Shown one piece after another: positions 20,803 through 29,001 of a stretch of 64,000 nt of DNA. Each line of letters begins with the position of its first letter. Position 1 is the first letter of the stretch. The notes beneath the pieces are model-generated. The model was not told where the DNA came from and did no database searches. It saw only the letters and a list, made by a program, of their open reading frames with translations. Source of the stretch: Thermoanaerobaculia bacterium (GTDB taxonomy: Bacteria > Acidobacteriota > Thermoanaerobaculia > Multivoradales > UBA5704); NCBI GenBank assembly GCA_044226625.1, contig JBGAGQ010000014.1, positions 32,001-96,000 on the forward strand, in the 5' to 3' direction. The position numbers and the translations under genes were made by a program.

Positions 20803-22056
20803 CTAATCGGTCGTCACGTGCTGCCAGCCGCGAACGAGCGTGTCGCTGCGCCGGTACGAACCGCCGCCGCCATAAACCAAGATTCCGAGCGGGTCTCCGG
20901 ACAGAGCGCGGTAGGCGTCGAGGCCCCGAAGCGCCGATGCGGTCACCGTCTCGGCGGTTTTGATCTCGATCGGAACTCGGCGCGTGCCGTAGTCGATCAG
21001 CAGGTCGACTTCGCGGCCGTTGGAGTCGCGCCAGAAATAGAGGGGCGGCCGCTGGCCGTGATGCAGGAAAAGCTTGCGCAGCTCGGAGACGACGAACGAC
21101 TCGAAGATCGCGCCTCGGAGGGGATACGTCTCCAGGTCCTCCGGTTTGCGCAGTCGCAACAGATGACAGAGCAGGCCGGTGTCCAAGAAGTGGAGCTTGG
21201 GTGTTTTGATCATTCGTTTCGAGAAGTTCTCGAAATGGGGCTGCAACAGGTCGATCACGTAGCTCGCGCGGAGGACCGAAATCCATTTCTTCGCGGTCGG
21301 CTGGCTGACGCCCGCATCGGCGGCGAGCGAGGAGAGGTTGAGCAGCTGGCCGCTGCGTCCGGCCGCGAGCGCGAGGAACCTCGTGAACGTGTCGAGGTCC
21401 CCGACGTTGGCGAGCGTCCGCACGTCCCGTTCGACATAGGTTCGGACGTATCCGTCGAGCCAGGTGGAAGGGCTGAGCTTGCGGTCGTAGAGCGAGGGAT
21501 AGCAACCCCGATAGAGGATCTCGTCCAGACTCGATACCTGCGGGAGGGGATCTTCCCCGCCCGCTTCTCGATTCACCTCTCGGTCCACACCGAATTCGTC
21601 GGGAGTGATCGCCTTTCGAGCGGCGATCTCCGCTACGCTGAGCGGGAGCAACTCCAGGATCGCCACCCGGCCGGCGAGCGACTGCCCAATTCGCTCCGAA
21701 AGCAGAAAGTGCTGCGACCCGGTGAGGACCAACGGCCCTCCGCGGCGCTCGTCCAGGTAGCTCTGAAGGTACGAGAACAGCTGGGGGACGTTTTGAACTT
21801 CGTCGAGGATCGCGCCAGGGCCTCGGCTGATGCGGTTCAAGAAGCGCCGCGGATCGTCGGTCGCCTCCTCCCGGTTCTGAAGGTCCTCGAGCGAAAGGTA
21901 GGCGAAATCCGGGAACGTGGTCCGGGCCAGGGTGGTCTTGCCGGACTGTCGAGGCCCGGTGAGGAAGACCGCCGGATACGAACGGACCGTCGCGGCGAGG
22001 TGGGCCTTGAGGGTACGGTCGATCACCCGATCGTTGTAGCCGAAACTGAAATCCAT
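20803..22056 (-). CDS. AAA_14 ATPase with DUF4143 (PD-(D/E)xK-like) C-terminal domain
   Basis: GPRQSGKTT, ILDEVQ, LTGS, SLAGRV, FLDTGL, YFWRDSNGREVDLL, PIEIK. Start may be GTG 22026. Confidence 0.92.
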   Translation of the reverse strand: MDFSFGYNDRVIDRTLKAHLAATVRSYPAVFLTGPRQSGKTTLARTTFPDFAYLSLEDLQNREEATDDPRRFLNRISRGPGAILDEVQNVPQLFSYLQSYLDERRGGPLVLTGSQHFLLSERIGQSLAGRVAILELLPLSVAEIAARKAITPDEFGVDREVNREAGGEDPLPQVSSLDEILYRGCYPSLYDRKLSPSTWLDGYVRTYVERDVRTLANVGDLDTFTRFLALAAGRSGQLLNLSSLAADAGVSQPTAKKWISVLRASYVIDLLQPHFENFSKRMIKTPKLHFLDTGLLCHLLRLRKPEDLETYPLRGAIFESFVVSELRKLFLHHGQRPPLYFWRDSNGREVDLLIDYGTRRVPIEIKTAETVTASALRGLDAYRALSGDPLGILVYGGGGSYRRSDTLVRGWQHVTTD

Positions 22057-22165
22057 GTCAATTCAAAGTGAAGTTTTGAATCCGCATGGATTTTCCGGTT
22101 GGTTTGCAGGACCGCGCCGCCGGGTGGGTGCTCGGACGACTCGTCGGACCTCGCGGCCGGAGAGC

Positions 22166-22205
22166 TTGACAGCTCGACAATTACACCCGTACTATTACGC
22201 CTGTA
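22166..22205 (+). promoter_or_regulatory. Sigma-70 promoter with two BlaI/CopY-type operators
   Basis: TTGACA (22166-71), N18, TACTAT (22190-95). TACACCCGTA (22182-91) and TACGCCTGTA (22196-205) are each one mismatch from TACAnnTGTA. Confidence 0.75.
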
Positions 22206-22254
22206 GTTGGATCTGCGGCCGAACCCGTCGAGCGTCGGCGAGCGGAGGGACACC

Positions 22255-22638
22255 GTGGCGAACCTGGGGCTGACCGAGCTTCAACTGGAGATCATGCAGG
22301 TGCTGTGGCGCCGGGGGGCGGCCACGGCGACGGAGGTCCACGAAGAGATGAACGCGCGCGGGCTCGCGCCGGCCACCATTGCCACCCTCCTTCGGCGGCT
22401 GGACAAGAGGGGCGCGGTGATGCACGAGATGAACGGCCGCCAGTTCGTCTACCGGGCGCGGATCACGCCGGAGGAGACCCAGCGGTCGCGGGTTGCCGAA
22501 GTCGCCGATCGGCTGTTCCCGGGCCAGATCCCGGATTTGATCAACTATCTGCTCGCGCAGAAGAAAATCGACGCCGAGGAGTTGGCCGAGGTGAAGGCGC
22601 TGATCGAGGCGAAAGAACGTGAGGCGAGGCCGAAGTGA
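22255..22638 (+). CDS. BlaI/MecI/CopY family transcriptional repressor
   Basis: LTELQLEIMQVLW, TIATLLRRLDKRGAV, RQFVYRA, LFPG, EELAEVKALI; GTG start after GGAGG. Confidence 0.93.
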   Translation: MANLGLTELQLEIMQVLWRRGAATATEVHEEMNARGLAPATIATLLRRLDKRGAVMHEMNGRQFVYRARITPEETQRSRVAEVADRLFPGQIPDLINYLLAQKKIDAEELAEVKALIEAKEREARPK

Positions 22639-24530
22639 TCACGCTCGAATCCGCCGTCTTTCTCCTCGTCTACGCCGCCGCGGCGGTGGCCGCTTGGCTC
22701 GCGACGTACTGCGTTCACAGCACGGTGCTGATCGGGGGTCTCTGGCTCTTGAACCGCGTCGCGCGGTGGCCGAGACCGACGCGTGAGCTGTCGTGGAAGG
22801 TGGCGCTCGTCGGCGGCGTGGCGACGGCGACGATCTCGCTGGCCACGGATATGCGGCCGCTGCTCGGCCGTTTCGAAACCGCGTCCTTCGTCGCTGCGCG
22901 TACCTGGGATCGCGTTACCGCTTCGCCTCCGCAAAGCGGAAAGAGCCCCCTTGGATCCGCCGAAGGGCGTGCCGTGCCGTCATCTCTCACCTTCGACCGG
23001 TCGGCGAGCCGCCACCGCGCGCTCGACCTCGAGAGGTTTGCGGCCCGCCTGCCCGGGGCTGCGACCGCGCTCCGGTACGTGCCGCTTGCCCTGGTTCTCG
23101 CCTGGCTGATTCGGGCCGCCGTGGTGCTGCTTCGAGTCGGTACGGCGACCGCGCGCGCAAGGCGCGCTCTGGGCGCTCGCGAAGGCGCCCCCGGCGAGGC
23201 GGCCGAGAGGTTCCAAGCGGTGGCGAGGTCGATGGGGTTGTCTCGGCCGGTCCGTTTCACGATTTCGGAGCGTCTCGCGAGCCCGGTCGCCCTCGGCCGG
23301 TCGGAGATCACGGTCCCGCGGCGGCTTCTCACCGACCTCTGCGCGGAGGATCAGTGGAGTGTGGTCGCTCATGAAGTGGCGCATCTCGTGCGCCGGGATC
23401 CCTGGTGGCTGTTGGCGGCGGCCACGACGGAATCGTTGTTCTTCTTCCAGCCGCTGAACAGGATGGCTCGCATGAGATGGCAAGAACAGGCGGAATATCT
23501 ATGCGACGAGCGGGTCGCGCGCGTTCAAGGGTCCGGGTTGCCACTCGCCCGGGCGCTCGCCCGCGTCGCCGAGTGGCTGAGTACCGAGGTGCGCCTGTTG
23601 GCGCCGGCTTTCGCGGAGACCTCGGGAACGCTGCTCGGTCGGGTCAGGGCGCTGATCGGAGGGGGCGTCCCCGAGCCGCCGGTCGGACGGCGAGCGCGGA
23701 CGGCGCTCTGGGTGGCACCGGCTCTCGTGCTGTGCGGCCCGCCGTCGTTCGCTCCGGGTTCGGTCGGCGGCTGGGGGACGGCGGCGTTTCATTGGTCCGG
23801 CGCGGTGCCCGCGGGACAGACCTTGGAGGTCCAGGGCGTGCTCGGAAGCATCCGGGTCGAGCCGTCGGAGGGCGACCAGGTCGAGGTGTACGCGACGAGG
23901 CACGGTCGCTCGACGAACCCCGACGTTCATTTCGAGGTCCTGCGGCATTCGGGCGGCGTGACGATCTGCGCGATCTACCCGGTCGATCCGACGACGCCTC
24001 GGGTCGTCCCCCCGTCCTGTACGCCCGGGGCGCCGGTCCAGTCGAACACCCCCGCCAACGACGTGGAAATCGAGTTCGTGGTGGACCTGCCGCGAGGCGT
24101 CGACGTCCGCTTGTCCACCGCCGTGGGAGACGTCACGACGGGACCGCTGCGCGGCTCGGTCGAAGCCCGGTCCGGCAGCGGCGACATCGAGATCACGACG
24201 ACCGAGCACGCGTCGGCCGAGACCCGGAGCGGCGACGTCCGTGTGTCGATGGGACAGACCCGATGGAACGGATCGTTGAGGTTGTCCACCCTCTCGGGCG
24301 ACGTCCGGCTCGCGCTGCCGGCCGAATCGAGCGTCGAGCTGTCCGCGACGACGAGAACCGGAACGATCCGATCGGATTTCGACTTGGGTCGCCCGGAGCG
24401 GGTGTCGTGGGGGGCGCGCCGCAAGCCGTCCGGAAGCGTGGGGACGAGCGTGCACGGCGTGATCGGCGAAGGGGGCCGCGAGCTGAAGCTCGAGACCCTG
24501 TCGGGCAACGTCGTCGTGAAACGAAGATAG
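22635..24530 (+). CDS. BlaR1-like M56 metallopeptidase fused to a DUF4097 (adhesin-like beta) domain
   Basis: N-terminal TM helices, AHEVAHLVRRD, FFFQPL, EYLCDERV; C-terminal repeats of the type T.SGDV/I; GTGA overlap with the repressor. Confidence 0.88.
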   Translation: MITLESAVFLLVYAAAAVAAWLATYCVHSTVLIGGLWLLNRVARWPRPTRELSWKVALVGGVATATISLATDMRPLLGRFETASFVAARTWDRVTASPPQSGKSPLGSAEGRAVPSSLTFDRSASRHRALDLERFAARLPGAATALRYVPLALVLAWLIRAAVVLLRVGTATARARRALGAREGAPGEAAERFQAVARSMGLSRPVRFTISERLASPVALGRSEITVPRRLLTDLCAEDQWSVVAHEVAHLVRRDPWWLLAAATTESLFFFQPLNRMARMRWQEQAEYLCDERVARVQGSGLPLARALARVAEWLSTEVRLLAPAFAETSGTLLGRVRALIGGGVPEPPVGRRARTALWVAPALVLCGPPSFAPGSVGGWGTAAFHWSGAVPAGQTLEVQGVLGSIRVEPSEGDQVEVYATRHGRSTNPDVHFEVLRHSGGVTICAIYPVDPTTPRVVPPSCTPGAPVQSNTPANDVEIEFVVDLPRGVDVRLSTAVGDVTTGPLRGSVEARSGSGDIEITTTEHASAETRSGDVRVSMGQTRWNGSLRLSTLSGDVRLALPAESSVELSATTRTGTIRSDFDLGRPERVSWGARRKPSGSVGTSVHGVIGEGGRELKLETLSGNVVVKRR

Positions 24531-24599
24531 CGTCTCGCGCGCCGGCCCCTGCCGGCGAACCTCCTTAGACGATCGACACCTTCTCGAAAGGGTACCCCG

Positions 24600-26507
24600 A
24601 TGCGAACGCCGTGCGTCGCCAAGCTCCTGCTGTCTCGAATCCTCGTGGTCGGAACGACCTGGGCCGCGGCCCTCGTCGTCGCCGGTCCCTCTTCCGCCGT
24701 CGCGGCGGTACGGCCGCCGGAACCCGTTCTGAACCCGGGCGATCCGGGGCAACTGGCCGCCTGGGCCGACCCGCTCATGGCCCGTCATCTGGCGGAGTAT
24801 CACGTCCCGGGAGCCGTCCTGGTGGTGGTCGAGGGGGGGCAGGTCGTCCTGGCCAAGGGCTACGGGTTGGCGCGGCGCGAGCCGAGCCGTCCGGTCGATC
24901 CCGAGCGAACGATCTTCCGGGTCGCTTCGATCTCGAAGGTGTTCACGGCGACCGCCGCGATGCAGCTCGTCGAGCGCGGACGGCTGTCGCTCGACCGGGA
25001 CGTCAACGCCTACCTGACGAGCTTCAAGCTTCCCGCCAGCTATCCGAGGCCGGTCACCCTGTTTCACCTGCTCACCCACACCGGCGGTTTCGACGAACGC
25101 CTGATCGCGCGCAAGGCCCGGCGCGCGGAGGAGGTGGAGCCGCTCGCCGTCTACCTCGCCCGCCGCATGCCCCCTCGCGTGATGGACCCGGGCGAATTCA
25201 TCAGCTATTCCAACCACGGCATGGCCCTCGCGGGTCATCTGATCGAGCAGACGACGGGGCGCACCTTCGAACGCTACATGAGGGAGAACGTCTTCCGGCC
25301 CTTGGGGATGCGTCGAAGCGGCTTCGAGCCGCCCGGGGACACGCCCGACTTCGCCGTGGGAACCCGGTTCCGCGGCGACGGCTACCGGTCGGTGCCGTTC
25401 GACTTCGTCCGTACGGTGCCCGCGTCGATGTTGACGACGACGGGGACCGACATGGCGCGCTTCATGATCGCCCACCTCCAGAACGGCGTCTACGAGGGAA
25501 CCCGCATCTTGAGCGACCGTTCCGCGCGTGCGATGCACCGGCGGCAGTTCTCCCAGCACCCTCTGCTCCCTGGGATCGCGTTCGGCTTCTGGGAGAGGTT
25601 CCAGAACGGCCAACGGGCTCTCTGGCACGACGGCGACCTTCCGGGCTTCGCGAGTTTGCTCTATCTCCTGCCCGAGCGCGGCGTCGGTCTGTTCGTGGCC
25701 TACGACGGCGACGGCGGGAACGAGGCTCGCGAGGAGCTCCTGGCGGCGTTTCTCGACCGGTGCTACCCGGTCGAGCCGCGAACCGTCAAGCAGGTCGCCG
25801 GCCCCGACGCCTCCCGTTTCTCCGGAACCTACCTGTTCAACCGGCGGGTGCGGCGCGGGCTGGAGAAAATCGCGAGCCAGGGCGAAACCGCGATCGTGCG
25901 CTCTCGGCCGGGAGGCGTTCTGGAGCTCGGCGGGAGACGCTTCTTCCCGGCCGGGCCTCTCCTCTTCGAGCGGGAGGACGGAAAGAGCTACCTGGCGTTC
26001 AAGCAAGACGCCGAGGGCCGGATCACGCACCTGTTCGCGGGGTCGGCGATCGCGCGGGTTTACGAACGGCGGCTCTGGTACGAAGCGCCGGGGCTTCATC
26101 TCCTGGCCTTGACGTTCTGCGCTGTTGCGTTCCTCGCGACGGTCGTCGCCTCGCTTCGCGACCGCTTCCGCTCGCGCCGCGGGGTCCGCGTCGCGCAGCC
26201 GCCGGCCTGGACGATCGCCACCGTCGTGAGCGCGCTCAATTTGACTTTTCTCGCGGGCTTCGTCCTTCTGATGGCCGGCTCGGCCGGGGAGCTCGAATAC
26301 CGGGTCCCGCCGGCCCTCGTCGGGCTGCTCGTCCTCCCCTTGGCGTCCGCCGCTCTCACGCTCCTCCTCCCCTTTCGGTCCGTGGCGGCCTGGCGTTGGC
26401 CTGGCTGGCGCCGAGGCCGACGTTGGCACTTTGCCGCGGTTGCGGTCGCCGCCCTCGGATGGATCGTGCTGCTCGGCGCTTGGAATCTGCTGGGCTTCCG
26501 CACCTGA
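24600..26507 (+). CDS. AmpC-like serine hydrolase with C-terminal transmembrane helices
   Basis: FRVASISK (SxxK), LLTHTGG, YSNHG (YxN), HDGD; about four hydrophobic helices at the C-terminus. Confidence 0.9.
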   Translation: MRTPCVAKLLLSRILVVGTTWAAALVVAGPSSAVAAVRPPEPVLNPGDPGQLAAWADPLMARHLAEYHVPGAVLVVVEGGQVVLAKGYGLARREPSRPVDPERTIFRVASISKVFTATAAMQLVERGRLSLDRDVNAYLTSFKLPASYPRPVTLFHLLTHTGGFDERLIARKARRAEEVEPLAVYLARRMPPRVMDPGEFISYSNHGMALAGHLIEQTTGRTFERYMRENVFRPLGMRRSGFEPPGDTPDFAVGTRFRGDGYRSVPFDFVRTVPASMLTTTGTDMARFMIAHLQNGVYEGTRILSDRSARAMHRRQFSQHPLLPGIAFGFWERFQNGQRALWHDGDLPGFASLLYLLPERGVGLFVAYDGDGGNEAREELLAAFLDRCYPVEPRTVKQVAGPDASRFSGTYLFNRRVRRGLEKIASQGETAIVRSRPGGVLELGGRRFFPAGPLLFEREDGKSYLAFKQDAEGRITHLFAGSAIARVYERRLWYEAPGLHLLALTFCAVAFLATVVASLRDRFRSRRGVRVAQPPAWTIATVVSALNLTFLAGFVLLMAGSAGELEYRVPPALVGLLVLPLASAALTLLLPFRSVAAWRWPGWRRGRRWHFAAVAVAALGWIVLLGAWNLLGFRT

Positions 26508-26573
26508 CGGCTCGTGCCGATCCGGCCGAAATCGGCGGCCACGGCGGGAGGGCGCTGGTACACTTCCGCTCCC

Positions 26574-27272
26574 ATGTCCCTTCGCGTCACCCTCCTCGGC
26601 AGCGGGACCTCAACCGGCGTGCCGGTCATCGGCTGCGCCTGCAGGGTTTGCAATTCAGCCGATCCCAGGAACCGGCGCTCGCGGCCGGGCCTAAAGATCG
26701 AGGGGGCCGAGGGGGCAGTGCTCATCGACGCCTCGACCGACCTGCGCGAGCAGCTGCTGCGCGAACCGATTTCCCGGCTCGACGCCGTAGTGTTCACCCA
26801 CGCGCACGCCGATCACATCTTCGGGCTCGACGACGTGCGGATCTTCAATTTCGTCTTCGAGCCGGGGCAGGAAGGGGGCGGTAAGCCGCAGCTCGACCTG
26901 ATCCCGATCGAGGAGCCGTTTGCGCTGCTCGGCCGCCCCTGGGTGCCGATTCCGGTCTGGCACGGCGTGATGCCGGTCCTCGGCTTCCGGATCGGCGATT
27001 TCGCCTACGTGACCGACTGCAACCAGATCCCCGAAGAGAGCTTCGAGCGGCTGGCGGGGGTCGACACGCTGATCCTCGACGCGCTCCGCTACCGGCCGCA
27101 TTCGACCCATTTCTCGTTGGCCGAGGCGGTCGACGCCGCGCAGCGGATCGGCGCGCGTCGCACCTATTTCACGCACATCGCCCACGACATTGACCACGGT
27201 CGACTGGAGCTTGCCCTGCCGGACGGCATGGAGATCGGCTACGACGGCCTCGCCTTCGACGTGGAGGGCTGA
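26574..27272 (+). CDS. MBL-fold metallohydrolase (PhnP/YcfH-neighbour family), possibly with an internal deletion
   Basis: LGSGTSTGVPVIGCACRVC, THAHADHIFGLDD, AYVTDC, HSTHF, THIAH, YDG; only 232 aa. Confidence 0.88.
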   Translation: MSLRVTLLGSGTSTGVPVIGCACRVCNSADPRNRRSRPGLKIEGAEGAVLIDASTDLREQLLREPISRLDAVVFTHAHADHIFGLDDVRIFNFVFEPGQEGGGKPQLDLIPIEEPFALLGRPWVPIPVWHGVMPVLGFRIGDFAYVTDCNQIPEESFERLAGVDTLILDALRYRPHSTHFSLAEAVDAAQRIGARRTYFTHIAHDIDHGRLELALPDGMEIGYDGLAFDVEG

Positions 27273-27276
27273 GACC

Positions 27277-28632
27277 ATGCGGGATTCGAGCAAAGCCGCG
27301 GGAGCGGACTTTGGGACGATCGAGCTGCGGGCCATCCCCTCGGGCCGCCGGGTCGAGGGTGCGGTCCGGGTGCCGCCTTCGAAGAGCGTCACCCACCGCG
27401 TGCTCAACCTGGCGCTTCTCGCGGAGCGGCCTCTGATCGTCGAAAGTCCGTTGATCGCCGATGACACCCGGCTGTTCCTCGCGGCGCTCGAAGCATGCGG
27501 TTGGGGCGTCGAGGCAGTGGAACAGGGCGAGCGGGGGATGGACGAAGTCCGGCTCGTCCCCGGAGCGCGCGGTTCGAACGATTCCAGCCCGATCGAGATC
27601 TTCTGCGGCAACGCCGGGACGATGTATCGCTTCCTCGTGGCGACCCTTGTCGCGATCCCGGGGGAGTACCGGCTCGACGGCATGCCTCGGCTTCGCGAGC
27701 GGCCGATCGGCCCGCTGGTCGACGCGGTGCGGCGCCTGGGCGGCGAGATCGACTACCTGGGCAACGAGGGCTACGGACCGCTCGCGATCCGCGGCGGCAC
27801 GCTGCGCGGCGGAACGACCGGGCTCGACGCGGGATCGTCCAGCCAATATCTCTCCGCCCTGCTGATGGCGGGTCTGCGGGCGAAGGAACCGACCGTCGTC
27901 GAGCTCTCCGCACTCACCTCGGAGCCGTACGTCGACATCACGCTCGACTGGGTCCGGCGCTTCGGCGGCCGGGCCGAGCGGCTCGCCCCCGACCGGTTCC
28001 GCGTCGAGCCCTCGCCGGAGTTGGGCGTCGGGCTCGATCGGGTGCGCGTGGAGGGCGACTGGTCGGCCGCCGCCTATCCGGCGGCGATGGCCGCGCTCTG
28101 TCGCGGCACGGTGCACCTGCTCGGCATCGACCGGGATTCCGCCCAAGGCGACCGCGCCTTCGTCGATCTGCTCGGGACGATGGGCGCCGAGGTCGCCTGG
28201 AAGGGAGAGAATCTTCGGGTCTCGGGCACCGGCCGTCTGATCGGTCTCTCGGTCGATCTCGGGGCTATGCCCGATCAGGTGCCCACGCTGGCGGCCCTCG
28301 CTCCGTTTTCCGAGGGGACGACGCGGATCACGGGCGTGCCCCACTTGCGGATCAAGGAGAGCGACCGCCTCCACGCGATGGCGGTGGGGCTCGCGGCGCT
28401 CGGAGTCCCGGTTCGGGAGCTCCCAGACGGTCTGGAGATCGAAGGGGTCTGGGCGGGCCGTGACGATCTACCCATCGAGACGGTGACGATCGATCCGTTC
28501 GACGATCACCGCATCGCGATGAGCTTCGCCCTCCTCGGCCTCCGGCGCCCGGGGGTGACGATCGCCGAGCCCGGAGTGGTCGCGAAGTCCTACCCCGACT
28601 TCTGGCGCGATTTCGAGGCGTTGACGAGCTGA
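27277..28632 (+). CDS. aroA: EPSP synthase
   Basis: PPSKSVTHR, CGNAGTMYRF, RERPI, SSQYLSALLM, EGDWSAA, LRIKESDR, DDHRIAMSF, KSYPDFW. Confidence 0.98.
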   Translation: MRDSSKAAGADFGTIELRAIPSGRRVEGAVRVPPSKSVTHRVLNLALLAERPLIVESPLIADDTRLFLAALEACGWGVEAVEQGERGMDEVRLVPGARGSNDSSPIEIFCGNAGTMYRFLVATLVAIPGEYRLDGMPRLRERPIGPLVDAVRRLGGEIDYLGNEGYGPLAIRGGTLRGGTTGLDAGSSSQYLSALLMAGLRAKEPTVVELSALTSEPYVDITLDWVRRFGGRAERLAPDRFRVEPSPELGVGLDRVRVEGDWSAAAYPAAMAALCRGTVHLLGIDRDSAQGDRAFVDLLGTMGAEVAWKGENLRVSGTGRLIGLSVDLGAMPDQVPTLAALAPFSEGTTRITGVPHLRIKESDRLHAMAVGLAALGVPVRELPDGLEIEGVWAGRDDLPIETVTIDPFDDHRIAMSFALLGLRRPGVTIAEPGVVAKSYPDFWRDFEALTS

Positions 28633-28648
28633 ACACACCGCCGAATTC

Positions 28649-28888
28649 GGTCGAGCGGATGCGCTGTTCGGTTTCCTGACCGGCGAATTCGTTTTCGGGG
28701 GTCCGAACATCGATTCGCGACCGGCCGAGGCCTTTTCTCAGCGGCGCGACCGCTTTTGCCATCGGTGAGACCGCTTCGCGGATTGCCGAAAACGGTCGAC
28801 CCAGTGCCGAAACCCCTCGCGGGAGTCGGAATCTCGCTTGTGCGTCCGTAGAGCGAATTCGGCGCTCAGGAAATCGCTCCGCTCGGCC
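28649..28888 (+). ncRNA. Candidate rod-shaped structured RNA / long imperfect inverted repeat, family unknown
   Basis: Five nested helices found by eye; the non-Watson-Crick pairs resolve as G.U on the + strand (see findings). Confidence 0.35.
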
Positions 28889-29001
28889 AGCAAACCCCTG
28901 CGCGCACCGGTCTCGCGAGGCCCTCCACCCGGCCCGGCGGTCCCGACGGCCGTTCGACTCCTTCGCCAGCCCGCTTTCCGCCGCGGGCTACCCCGCCCGC
29001 G

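Noticed and set aside
20803-22056. AAA_14/DUF4143 gene as a defence island
   Set aside because: A widespread stand-alone family, with no neighbouring defence or mobility genes here.
28925-28985. tRNA(Sec)-like fragment (gcggtcccg...GTTCGACTCC...ttccgcc)
   Set aside because: The T-stem arms do not pair, and there is no anticodon arm or acceptor stem.
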